A DNA stretch of 63,135 nucleotides, counting the filler, from Octopus bimaculoides (Eukaryota), in assembly GCF_001194135.2 (NCBI RefSeq). It is 5 parts of 5 records of this genome, joined end to end, with 100 filler letters (N's around TTAATTAATTAA, not from the genome) between each part and the next. Parts side by side here need not be neighbours in the genome. Positions count along the whole stretch, not along the records: positions 30,704 to 58,693 come from NC_068982.1; 4 more parts are not named here. One strand, given 5' to 3'. The notes under the pieces were generated by a model. It had not been told where the DNA came from. It saw nothing but the letters and a program-made list of their open reading frames with translations, and did no database searches. Positions 34,118 to 46,720 of the stretch are shown here, one piece after another. Position 1 is the first letter of the stretch. Every line of letters starts with the position of its first letter. The translations under genes were made by a program, and so were the position numbers.

Positions 34118-35650
34118 AACACCCAGAACCATGCTAATAGCTTAGGAGTGAAATTTAGGATTTCTCAGTTTTCTGTGAATTGATTTTGATAAAACTTTTA
34201 CCAACTGGTTTGCACACAATGGCAACACCATTGTTATATTTTCATTATTCTGTGTAACGTCCTTTCTTTTATATTTCAGATTCTTCAGTTTTTGGGTGAA
34301 CCACGCTAATAGCTTTTGAATGAAAATAGCCCATCTAAACATTTTTTTTAGAAAATGAAGGATAATGATACATATCAAGCATACATTGAGTAAATATTTA
34401 ACAGAAAATCATATTATTATAACATTTATTGACATTATGAATTATTTATCCACATGAGCACCATTTTGACGGATAACTTCAAAAACCATATTAGTCATGG
34501 AATCTGTCAATTTCTTAATAGTAGAAAGTTGGACTGCCTCTGCCGCAGCTTTGATGGTTGCCCATAAAACATCTTTCAACGTAAATTGGTGTCCATTGGC
34601 ATAAGCATCTTGTTTAATGATGGACCAAAGATTTTCAATAGGGTTGAGATCTGGAGGTGCCAGTGGCTATATCATTGACCTTTCACCTTGTATGCTGTAA
34701 GACCCTAGGAATGTTTGGGTAGTCCTAGCAGAATGGGAGGGAGTATTGTCATGCATGAATACGAGATTCCTTAGAAGTGACAGCAGCATGTCACTTAGCT
34801 AGAGATCCAAGACCTCCTTCAGGAGATTGCTGTAGGTGGCTACGGTTACTTCAACTTCTTTAGGCACCCTGACTGGGCCAATGAGTCTGTCCCCAATGAT
34901 ATCAGACCACAACATGACTCCTCCACTCTGTTGTTGACGTCATAAACATTGGTGTTACTCATCTCCAAAATAGACCCAACCTTTTGCCCAATGTCAGGTT
35001 CGGCAAGAGTCATCCTGGTTTTGTCAGTGAACAGAACACAACTCTTGTCTAACGTCATGTACTATTGGGCTCATGGAAGCCTCAAACTCCTGTAAGGAGG
35101 CAGTTTCAGGGGTTCTTGCTTGAAAGCTATGGTCATGAGGATGCAATTTCTGGTGGTTTTCAGTACACGAGGAAGTCCGGAAGCGGTGAAAATGGCTTTG
35201 CTTGTTTGTCCAGGTTTCCTATGTAACTTGCAGCTGATATTCCTTAAATCTCTAGCTGTCACAGTCTTGGAGGTCCCACAATCAGATTGTTTCTTCCTTG
35301 GCGCTCATCTGGCTAAATAATTCATTATGTCAATAAATGTTATAATATCATGATGGTTTTTTGTTGAATATATACTCAATGTATGCTTAATATGTACCAT
35401 TATCCTTCATTTTCTGAAGAAAAAAATGTCTAGATGGGCTATTTTCATTCAGAAGCTATTCGCGTGGTTCACCTAGAAACTGAAGAATCTTAAATAAAAA
35501 AGAAAGGACCTTAAACAGAATAATGAAAACATAACAATGGTGTCGACATAGTGTGCAAACCAGCTGGGAAAAGTTTTATCAAAATCGATTCACAGAAAAC
35601 TGAGAAATCCCAAATTTCACTCCTATGCTATTAGCATGGTTCTGGATGTG
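34118..35650 (-). mobile_element. Tc1-like transposon with DD37E spacing (TRT-like), about 330-bp TIRs, decayed
   Basis: TIRs 34118-34447 and 35316-35650, TA on both sides; transposase VLFTDKTR ... FMHD-NTPSHSARTTQTFLGSYSIQGERSMI*PLAPPDLNPI-ENLWSIIK..GAHVDK* (stop 34442). Confidence 0.9.
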
Positions 35651-35663
35651 TATGTGTGTGTAA

Positions 35664-35698
<35 letters not shown>

Positions 35699-36345
35699 GT
35701 AAAGACAGAATCTCTACACAAGAAAGAATCAACAAAGAGAATCTTTTTATAGAGAAATTCCAAACACTTCTTAACATACAAACCCCTCGGTGACCATATT
35801 CCCTTCTCTCGCCTACCCATTGAGATACCCAATGAGATACATATAAATTTACTTCTTATTTCTCTAAGAACAGACATAAACTTCCTGTTGACAAAGAATC
35901 CAGAACTCCAACTAAAGAGTATAAAACCCACAGAATTGTCTTCCCTTACACACACTTCCTGTTTTGACACCACACTTCCTGCTTAACACAAACTTTCAGT
36001 CCCTTTCTTTTAAGCAAAACAGAACTCTCAATTCCATGCATCCTAGTCTTTCTAATATTTATCTACATGGATTACCATTGAACTTTAAAAGCTCAAAGAC
36101 AATATAATGTATTGGTATGTTTATTTTCTTATATATTATTTTTTATTTTTTTGTAAAAAACATTTTCATTCTCCCTCTTCTTGAAAATTTGCCATGCAAT
36201 GAAAGTCAGTTAGAAATCCTTTTTAATCCTCCTTATGCACATCTATATTAAAATATGCTTTCAGTTTAGCATTCTGCCTTATTATTATTTTTTATTTTCC
36301 TATTATTTCTCCACGTGCAGTTAACACAACCCCACCATTTACTGA

Positions 36346-36385
<40 letters not shown>

Positions 36386-36489
36386 TACATACATAAAATC
36401 CTTCTACTAGATTCAGGTCTAGAGCTGTGGCCATGCTGGGTCACCACCATTAGCTATGTTACATCTTCACTACCTGAAACCTCCTCTGC

Positions 36490-36695
36490 TATGTGACATT
36501 TAGTGACTGAGGGAGTTTGATGCTGCTACCCTCATCTCTGTTTCCTGCCATGAGTTAAGCTCATCTGGAACTCTTGACAGGAGGAGATCCAGTTTTGTTT
36601 CGAAGACACTTTCATCCACCCCATGCAATTCTCTCAGGCTTTCTAAGAGGATATGAAAAGTTGTGGGTCCTTGAAACCCAAGTTGTTGAAGTATT
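36490..36695 (-). pseudogene. Non-LTR retrotransposon ORF2 C-terminal remnant (CR1/L2-like)
   Basis: LGFQGPTTFHIL..LRELHGVDESVFETKLDLLLSRVPDE..MRVAASNSLSH resembles the end of CR1/L2-group ORF2. Confidence 0.5.
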
Positions 36696-36746
36696 TGGTC
36701 CTTTATCTTGATGATAATGTTGGTATTTTTGGCACTATACAGTATG

Positions 36747-36818
<72 letters not shown>

Positions 36819-37383
36819 NNNNNNNNNNNNNNNNNNNNNNNNNNNNNNNNNNNNNNNNNNNNNNNNNNNNNNNNNNNNNNNNNNNNNNNNNNNNNNNNNN
36901 NNNNNNNNNNNNNNNNNNNNNNNNNNNNNNNNNNNNNNNNNNNNNNNNNNNNNNNNNNNNNNNNNNNNNNNNNNNNNNNNNNNNNNNNNNNNNNNNNNNN
37001 NNNNNNNNNNNNNNNNNNNNNNNNNNNNNNNNNNNNNNNNNNNNNNNNNNNNNNNNNNNNNNNNNNNNNNNNNNNNNNNNNNNNNNNNNNNNNNNNNNNN
37101 NNNNNNNNNNNNNNNNNNNNNNNNNNNNNNNNNNNNNNNNNNNNNNNNNNNNNNNNNNNNNNNNNNNNNNNNNNNNNNNNNNNNNNNNNNNNNNNNNNNN
37201 NNNNNNNNNNNNNNNNNNNNNNNNNNNNNNNNNNNNNNNNNNNNNNNNNNNNNNNNNNNNNNNNNNNNNNNNNNNNNNNNNNNNNNNNNNNNNNNNNNNN
37301 NNNNNNNNNNNNNNNNNNNNTGTGTGTGTATAATCACTTGTTCACCCTGTGCCAGCATAGATTGTTGAATATTAAACAACGAT

Positions 37384-37425
<42 letters not shown>

Positions 37426-38602
37426 ATATAATGGAATTGTTAAACATAGCTGTTTCTGATGGTTTTATTGATCACTGTACATTGGGCTGTGAAAGGTTTA
37501 CTAACATTTTCTATACTCAGTTGTTTTCTTGTTGCTTTCTGTTTTATATTTAACTTTTGATTTTTATATGGAGTGTATTTTTGTTTATTTGTATTTTCTA
37601 TTTTTCCTTGTCTCTATTTTTGTATTTTCAATTGTTTGATATTTTGTACTTCTGCTATGTTGCAATAAAGAAAAACAAAAAAAAGAAAATGGTAAATAGA
37701 CAAAATATAAATAATAAATATTCATCTTTTGAACTGATAATTATTTAAAGAAAAATTATTTTTCGCTTGGCTTTGCATGGCTTTTACTTGGTGCAATGTA
37801 TATGTGATGCTGCATGAGATTTCAGTGTCACCCATTACTATTTACATGACACAGCATGTGATGTGTCTTTGCACAGTATGTTTTGGCTTGGGCTAGCTTT
37901 ATTTAGCACGACATGAAACTTGTGTTACTGTCTGATGGCTGGTATTAATATTTATTGACAATAATAAAATGAAAAATAAAAGTTTATATAAAAAAGAACG
38001 AATGGAATGCTTATTTCATCTCATATAAATATTTGATGATAGAAGATATATAAGTAGACTAAATCATGTTTGGTTATTGATTTTATTAGCATTTTAAAAC
38101 TCATTCTGATTTCTCCAGTCTGCTTGGCTGAAAATACATATCGCTTCTACTTCATAATTGAGTTGGAAGTACAAGGAATGGCATTCACTTGTTACAACAT
38201 TTGTTTCAACAGTAATTCATGTACAACTGTCAGCGTCATAAAGTTCATTCCACCTAACTTCAAAATGGAAAAATGAAGGCAAAGCAGTTGAAATTTGAAA
38301 TATGTAATATTTTTTTCTGGAAGAATTATTGTCTCTTTTGCAACAGTAGTGTTGAAGATTAATAAAATACTTTGTTCCAAGCTTCTCCAAGATGGAATGT
38401 CACTTTAGAAAGAAAGAACCACATTGCTTACATTTTCATCTATTTTTTTCAGCTAAACAATAACAATCTGATAATAGAAATTTGAGTTCAATAAATTGCT
38501 AGAAAAAGTAGAAAGAAAATAATGGAGGGATCAATAATAATAATAGAAAAGATAGAAAGGAAATATGTTGCTTAGCTGCTATTATTATTTTTAATATTAT
38601 TG

Positions 38603-38815
38603 CAGTGAGCTGGTAGAAACAGTAGCATGTTGGACAAAATGCTTAGTGGCATTTCTTCCAGCTTGTATTCTGAGTTCAAATTCTGCCACGGTCAACTTTG
38701 CTAGCCATCCTTTTTGGGTTCATTAAAATAAGTACCAGTTAAGCACTGACGTTGATGTAAATGACTACCTCCTTCCTCAAAATTTCATTCTTTGTGTCTA
38801 TAGTAGAAAGAATTA
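38603..38815 (+). mobile_element. SINE family A, CpG-depleted
   Basis: GTGAGCTGGTAGAAAC..TTCTGAGTTCAAATTCTGCC..GTCAACTTTGC. Confidence 0.75.
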
Positions 38816-39163
38816 TTATTTTTATGACTGTTACATGCTACAGCAGGGATGCTGTGTTCTAGTTTGGTAATAACTAGTTTCCTTAAATCTCAAGAACTCT
38901 TAGAATTCTTGCAGAATGCAGGATTGTACTTTCCTGAAGGTTGACAATGCAAGTCTCAATTCCAATATCCTTCAGCCTCTTAGGTAGCAGTTTGGGTTTT
39001 GTGTCAGGTGCACCAATTATTGCAGGAATACTTGTTGTCTTAGTTTTCCACAATCTCTTTATCTCTTGCTAGGTCCTGATATTTCTTAATTTGTGTACAG
39101 GGGTTAATGTAACTGACTATCCCCCTCTCCCAAATTTTAGGCCTTGTGCCTATAGTAGAGAGG

Positions 39164-39195
<32 letters not shown>

Positions 39196-39197
39196 CA

Positions 39198-39385
39198 TTA
39201 AGGTGGCGAGCTGGCAGAATCATTAGCACACTTCTTTGCATTCTGAGTTCAAATTCTGCTGAGGTCAACTTTGCCTTTCATCCTTTTGGGTTTGATAAAA
39301 TAAGTACCAGTTGATCACTGGGATCGATGTAATCGACTTACTCCACTCCCCCAAATTGCTGGCATTGTGCCAAAATTTGAAACTA
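39198..39385 (+). mobile_element. SINE family A, CpG-depleted
   Basis: AAGGTGGCGAGCTGGCAGAATCATTAGC..GTCAACTTTGCCTTTCATCC; preceded by (ATT)n. Confidence 0.8.
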
Positions 39386-39403
39386 TTACTATTTTTATTA
39401 TTG

Positions 39404-39597
39404 TGGTGAGCTGGAAGAATCATTAGCGTGCTAGTCAAAATGCTTAGTAGCATTTCATCTGTCTTTACAACCCAAGTTCAATTTCAGCAAGGTCCTCTTT
39501 GCCTTTCATCCTTTTGGGGTCAATAAACAATTACCAGTCAAGCAGTTGACTAACTCCCTCTCTTAAAATTTCAGGTCTTGTGCCTATAGTAGAAAGA
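39404..39597 (+). mobile_element. SINE family A, CpG-depleted
   Basis: GGTGAGCTGGAAGAATCATTAGC..CTTTGCCTTTCATCCTTTTGGGGTCAATAAA. Confidence 0.75.
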
Positions 39598-39619
39598 ATT
39601 ATTTTTTTCTTTCCAGAAG

Positions 39620-39780
39620 GTACCATTTGTCATGGGTGCCTGAATGCGTAGGACATGCAAAGGCTGGAGAGGAATGGAGCTGGTATGCTCTGCTGGATGT
39701 GCAATGTCAGTGTGCATTTGCAACAGAGCACTGGTGCATTGAGAGAGAAATAGGACATAAGAAGAATTAAATGCAGTGAT
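39620..39780 (+). pseudogene. RTE LINE ORF fragment
   Basis: DMQRLERNGAGMLCWMCNVSVHLQQSTGALREK*DIRRIKC; its end overlaps the REKLNIRSISC segment at 51191. Confidence 0.6.
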
Positions 39781-40423
39781 TTATTTTTTTAGTTGTTAAT
39801 AGTTTTCTCAAAGATCTGGTCAAGTCTGTAGACTGTCAGACTCAATGCGTTACTGCAAATGATTCAATATTTCATCATTTTAGTTAAAAACCTGCTGGGA
39901 TCTACTTTATCTTTCACTACTTTCATCATCATCATATGTCCATTTTCCATACTTTTATGGGTTGGACAGTTCAAAAGTAGCTGGTGAGCCAGAGGACTAC
40001 ACCAAAATCCAGTGTTTCTATGGCTGGATGTCCTTCCTTATGCCAACCACTTTACAGAGTGTATTGGGTGTCTTTTACGTGAAACCAGCACTAGTGAGAT
40101 TACCAAGTAGTTCATGAGACACGACCTCAACTGAGTGGAGAGTAGTATTGGGAGAGGTAGATTTGTGTTAGGTGATGAGAGATTAAAGTATGATAGAAGT
40201 GTCTTAATTTACAATTAATAAAATAAGTACCTGTAATATATCTTGGAAGTTAATCTTCTCTGTATCTTTTTCTTGTGGCCAAGTGAAAGAAATTAAGTTT
40301 ATGACTCTTGAATGGAGAAATGGTTAAGCAAGCACAGAATCTTTGAATATTAATGTTTTATTTTTAAATCTTGAATATTGGGATTTGCTGGATGCTCTAG
40401 TTAAAATATTTCTAATCATACCA

Positions 40424-41757
40424 TTAGTTATTTAGTTAGTTCTCACCATGCCACAAGGTACATAAGGCTACAACACAATCTCTCCAACCAACTCTGTTTA
40501 CTGTCACTCTTCAGGTCTCATTCTAGCTTCTCCACCCTTCTTGTATCCTTTCCTTGTCAATGGTCCTTTGTTATGTGGTTTTAGGGCACCCTGCTGCTCT
40601 TTCCCCCTCAGGCTCTCACTTTAGTGCCACCTTATAATTGCTTTTTTGATCTTGTCTAAGAACATGTCTGATCCAGTTCCAGTGTTTGCATCTTATTTCA
40701 TCACTGATCCTGTTGATGCCCATTGTCATCTCAACTGTGTCATTTCAGACTCTTTGCAGCTGCTTGATGTCAATTATTCTCCTTAAGCATGTGAACTAGA
40801 AGCTATTCCTTGTTTTTTTCTCTTCTGTTTTTGTCACTTTTCAGTGTTCACATCTGTAGAGTAATGCTGGTTGGGCCAATATCTTTTTTCATTTTGCTGT
40901 CCATATCATTGCTTCTCCATAGATTGTAGAATGCAATCTGTAAAGATAATCTGTTCTTTATTTCCTCTGTCTCCCCTCTGTCTTTCTTGACTGTCAACTT
41001 GAAATAAACAAATTCTTCAATGCTTTCCACCTTATTGTTGCCAATTCTTACTCGAGCTTGTTGTCTGACATCATTCCTTAGTGTTTTACATTTTTCTGAG
41101 TTGAGTTTAAGGCCAATTCTGTCAGTGTTCTCTGCTGGTCTGTATGTCTTGCTCAGGATGTGCTCATAGGTAGATGACAGCAATGCTACATCTTCTGCAA
41201 AGTTGAGATCTTTGAACATGCTTGTAAAATTCCATCTAATGCCATTCCTATGCCTTTCTGTTGTTCTTCGCATGACCCAGTCTATCGCCCTGAGAAACAA
41301 GAAGCCTGACATAACACATTCCTGCTTGACTCTCTTTGTAACCTTAAACCACCTTGTTTTGTCTTTGTTGGCCTCTACTGTGCACTGAAAGTCATTATAT
41401 CATCCTCATCAGCTTGTTAGGAATGCCATACAGTCTCATTAATTTTGTCAGTCTTTCATAGTGGACTGTGTTGAAGGCTTTTTCAAAGTCAATGAAGTGA
41501 ACATACAATGTTGCTCTCCACTCCTGGACTTGCTTTAAAATGTTTCTGAGGATGAGTATTTCTTCAGCTGTGCTTCTTTTCTTGCGGAATCCAGCCTGCT
41601 CTTTCCTGAGTACCTGATATGCTCCTCTCTTCATTCTCTCAATAATTACTCACCCCATGGCTTTACTCATTGCAGGGAGTAGTGTTATTCCTGTCCAATT
41701 CTGGTATTCCTTCAAATCACCTTCCTTTGGCAATATGATGATAATCCCTTTTTTCCC
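40424..41757 (-). mobile_element. 5'-truncated RTE-clade LINE, decayed RT
   Basis: KKGIIILPKEGDLKEYQNWTGITLLP..LRKEQAGFRKKRST..FIDFEKAFNTV..FLFLRAIDWVMRRTT..DLNFAEDVALLS..ALCTLWHGEN* and (CTAA)-like tail. Confidence 0.9.
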
Positions 41758-44700
41758 ATTAGTTTTTTTTCATTAATTTTTTAAATATATTGGTTTGTTC
41801 ATAATCATCAGATAATTCATAATCATCAGATAAGGTAAGGACTGCTATACCTCATCTTTAACACTTTCTCATATCTATCACTCTCAACACTCTCATAACT
41901 GCATTGATGCCCCTTGTTACATTCCTCAGACCTCCATTTCTATCTCTGTATATCTCTCACTCTCTCCCTCTATCTTTGCTTCCCCACACATGCCCTCATT
42001 GATTGAGTGGATTATTATACTATTGCTCTCCACCCTTACTGTACTGCCACTTATCACCTCCTTCCTGAGTTATTTCTTTTATCTTCTCCCCTATACTGAT
42101 ATTTATCATCAACTATACCTCCATCCTTGTTCACTATTCACTATATTCACCTCTACCCCCATCTCCAACCAGCTTTCATTCTCCTCTCATTCTCTTATGA
42201 ACTTAGCCACCCACCCTTCTTGATTATCAGCTTATATTTTCTCTTATATTCACCTTCTTGTACCTTGAGAGTATGCTGTCACTTTATTACCATATTCTTT
42301 CTAGCCATTCCCACTCACTCTTATGGAATGCAAAGTAGCCATGTATCTCTCCTATAGCAAGATGCCTGTTGCCTGTGTTTGTCCCTCTATCATAATTTTT
42401 AAGCTTCTCAACACTTGTCACAAATACACCTCTCCAACTACAACTTCACTTGGTTGAGTCAGAGGTGGGGTCTTTTTTTCTCCTTTGTCTTACAAATTAC
42501 TTGGCTATTTCAGTAGTATTGATGTCATGAAAAAAAAAAAAAAAAAAGCACCTCGTACACTCTGCAAACTGGTTGGCATTAGGAAAAGCATCCAACCACA
42601 GAAACCATGCCAAGGCAAGCATTGCAACCCAATGCAGTCCTCTGGCTTGTTGGATCCTGCCAAACTGTCCAATCCTTGCCAGCATTGAAGATGGTCTCTT
42701 ACAGCATTGATTAGTTTGGAAATTTTTGAAAGGATTTTTATTCTTGCTAAAAATGTTGTTAGTTTCTGTGTCATTCCATAAAAAATATGAAAAATTCTTC
42801 ATAAGAATTCTAATCAGACAAATCTGTTTACTCTAATTTCCCTAAGTTTATTAGTTATCATCCCCCCCCCCCCNNNNNNNNNNNNNNNNNNNNNNNNNNN
42901 NNNNNNNNNNNNNNNNNNNNNNNNNNNNNNNNNNNNGAAAAAAGCAAAACATTTAGTTTTATCTACTTTCTATTCTCTTTTTTATTAATTTACTTGACTT
43001 CATTTAATTTCTATCCAGAAAATGTATTTTCTTTCATTAAATTTTTATTAGATGTGAAGTAATCAGGATTTGTTATTTCCTAATCAACGTCATGCATTTA
43101 AGTTTCTTTTTTTTTCATTCGTTCTTTTATCTTCTTTGTTACTCATTAAGACAATTTAATCACTAAAATTTCTCTATTCAGTATTTTTATCTCTCACATT
43201 TTCTCTCTTTCTTCGCAATTATTCAGTCTTTTCGTCTTTGATTGACACTGATTAAAATTTTATTTCGCTTGTTGTGTAATTGTTTTTAATTACAAATTCA
43301 TTCTTCAGTAGAATCATTCTTTCACATGGAGCATAGTGGTTTGGCATTGAAGTTTATTTCATTGATCTTTGTACATGTTATTTCTCTAAGGAATTTTATC
43401 AAAACTCAAAGACGGTCTTTGATTTCAGCTAAAAAAAGAAATAACAAAATAAATAAAGAAGTTTGATAGGAAAATATGTTATCATGTATTTACTATAAAC
43501 CAGTTTTTTGGAAAGAAAAGAAAAAAATATAGTAAACTGAGTCAATGATTATTTTTTTTTTATCATCATCATTGCCGTCGTCGTTATTGTCATTATTATC
43601 ATCATCATCATCATACCATCCGATCTAGAATGGGTTGGATGGTTTGACAGCATCCAGCAAGCTGCAGGGTCGCATTGAGTACCAGTGTGAGCTTTGGGAT
43701 GTTTTCTATTGCTCGATGCCCTTCCTAACCTCAACCACTTAACAATGCATACTGGGTGCTTTTCTTTATAGTTACTGGCACTAGTGAGGTTATCAGGTAA
43801 TTCACACTATTAGAAAAGAGGAGGGAATATTTAAAAAAAAAACAACAAAAATTATCAATCTATTTCATTCTTAAAATAATTAATGATTCAGTGGAAGGAT
43901 GGCAAGGATTGCATTCAAACTGGAGAGATTCAGATTGATGGAGTTGATGTTTAGTTTGAATAACAATTGAGAAGACACTTGCCCAAGGCACCACACTGTG
44001 AGAATAAATTTGAGGCAACATGGTTGGGAAGCAAACTCCTTGAACACACAGCCACACCTGCACCTAAGCTGGGTAAGACAATTACATGTTACTGAGGCAT
44101 TGTTTTTACAACCATATACCTTTTCTTTCATTGACCTGTTCTTCAAGTAAGGGAGTTCAGCTCTATTTATCTTCAACAACACAGAATTAACAAATGTTTT
44201 GCTGATAAGAAAAATGTCAACATTACCGTCCATAGCTCAGTTCAGAGCAGGATGTAAACAACATTTAGACAGGCAGGCAGACACATACACACGCACGCAC
44301 ACACGCACACACACACACACACACACGCACACGTATGTACACATCCAACACAAATCTGTCTTGACAAGTTTTATCCAATAGTTTCAAGTACAGAAAAGTG
44401 GACTTTAAGACATTGGAGGGCATGTTAAAGCATGATGACATGCACATATATTCTTAAGACATTCCTGCAGATTTGAATGTAAATATGCTAATCACTGTTG
44501 TGTTTCATCACAGGAAAACAACTCCTTTATAATGAGTATGTATTCATAACACACTCAATTCATTAGTACAAGGGATTCTGGGACAGCCAGTATTTTGACA
44601 TTGTTGTGTCTTATCAGCCAGAAGCACTCCTAGACTAATGAATCTAACGAGCCAATGCTCTTGTTTATAACTGCAGTGAGCAAACTGTTTGTTGATCCAT

Positions 44701-46414
44701 GCTGAATCATTTTGGTTCTCACTGTTCACCATGCATATGACAATTTAATATCAATAAAAAGCTCCATTATAAAATCTCAGTCAATCATTTTATTGAAATG
44801 TATATTTTGTGTAGAAACTCATGGAGACCAGTACAATGAACTGTGATAAGAACACTTTGGGAAAATGACTTCTGTCCAGCTGTAGTTCATAATTTGTCCA
44901 ATGTAGGCTTAAGTAGATTGCACAATCTGTTCAGGGTGATATCTCTTTATATTGTTCTGACTTTTATTTGTATGAACTCTGTTTTGCACCCCTGTCCACC
45001 TCCCACCTGGCCCCTCACATTCCTCATTGCTTACTCTCTTGCAACTTCTACTCAATCACACTCCCAGTTCTTCTACTCACCTCATTATTTGACGGTCCAC
45101 CCAGACATCACATAACCACTATTTTTATCTCTTCCTAGCTCCACCGCAATTATCTTTCTTCTATAATGTGAGTAGTCATGTAGCAAGAAACATGTTCGTT
45201 CTGACCCTTTCCCTTATACTTTAATCCTCATCTTCCAGCATAAAGCCACTCATGTCTAGTTTCATAGTCTTTCAAACTGTAATGTGACCTTACTAGTACT
45301 GTTGGCATTAAAAAAAGCATCCAGTATATTTTGTTAAATGGTTGGTGTTAAAATGGGCATCCAGCCATAGAAATATTGCCAAAGCAGACATTGGAGTATG
45401 ATGCAGTCCAACCCATGCCAGCAAAGAACATGGATATTTAATAATAATAACAACAACAACAATAATAATAATAAATACCCTGATGCAGTACCTGACAGTG
45501 GCTCTCATGGCTTCTTATCATAACTGATTGGAAGTGTTATCATCTACATTCTTTTGTCTTGGTATAAAAGATGAGCTACAGCAAATATTCTGCCCAATAC
45601 CTCTGATTTGCTCGTCAGTTGTTTGACCGTAACCAATTGTGCATGTCCCTTGATGGCTGACAATATGTGCATTTCTGATCATGAGCAGAAGTACTGGGGG
45701 AGCATCATAACCATGTATTGAGAGGAATTCTTTGGGGTTTTGATAATTCACCTCTGGAAACATGTGTTTTGTTCACTATCCTCAAACAACCCTTATTCAG
45801 GGTCCTTTTGAGCAGCATGGGCTACTTGATCTGAAGAAAATTTTGAGCCCCCACCTGCAAAGTCATGCGCTGTTTATCTTTATATGAAATCACCATGTCA
45901 CTCACATATGGTTGTGATGCATGTGCATGGTGTGCCCTTATCGGATGGGTGGTCATGATGGGTACATTGGACTTCGTATATTTGTGTCACTTTGATGGTA
46001 TGTGCTGCTCTCTCACTCAATAATAATAATAGTGATGATGAGGAGGATGATGATAACAGATCTTGGTAATAGTTTTCTAATTTAGGTTTAGAGATATTGT
46101 GTTTCATTTATTTCTAGAACAACATGTAAGAACATAATCTTTCTTGTAAGTTGAAATATTAAACCTGCTAGCTCTCTGATTTATTAGATATGAGTAGAAG
46201 TTTTTGTTTCTTATTTTTCATGTTAAATATTATTAGTAGAGTCTGACTGAAATATATACTTGCTGAGAATGAAATATTTGATAGAAATCCTGATTCAGTG
46301 AAATGTCTTTAAGTTCTGAAATAATAATAATAATAATAATAATGATAATAATAATAATAATGATGATGATAATAATAATAATAATAATGATGATGATGAT
46401 GATGATAATAATAA

Positions 46415-46690
46415 TACCTAGCTCAGATAGCAGGAAACCCCAAAATGGCTGAAGTTCAAAAGATAGTGCTCATGGAAACTGCCCATATCCTACGTAAAAT
46501 ACTGTCTATGTGATCTCAAATTTTAAAACAAACACATAATTTTCTTATAGTTTCTTAAACATGTACAAATCCAAATATATGATACCCTAGGCATAACACC
46601 TACATGAACTTCTAACTTGTTGTCTTTTGAGGTCTCTGGGTGAGACTTAGATCCAACTTGTACAAAGGCAAAGCAAAAGTCAAACATAAA
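46415..46690 (+). mobile_element. 5'-truncated R4/Dong-clade LINE 3' end inside (TAA)n tract
   Basis: YLAQIAGNPKMAEVQKIVLMETAHILRKILSM* (stop 46511-46513), typical REL-domain C-terminus; (AAT/GAT)n on both sides. Confidence 0.75.
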
Positions 46691-46720
46691 ATAATAATAA
46701 TAATGATGATAATAATAATA

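Noticed and set aside
44513-44740. Acceptor plus peptide-like frames (YKGFWDSQYFDIVVSYQPEALLD)
   Set aside because: In-frame stops, no consistent donor and no recognised family
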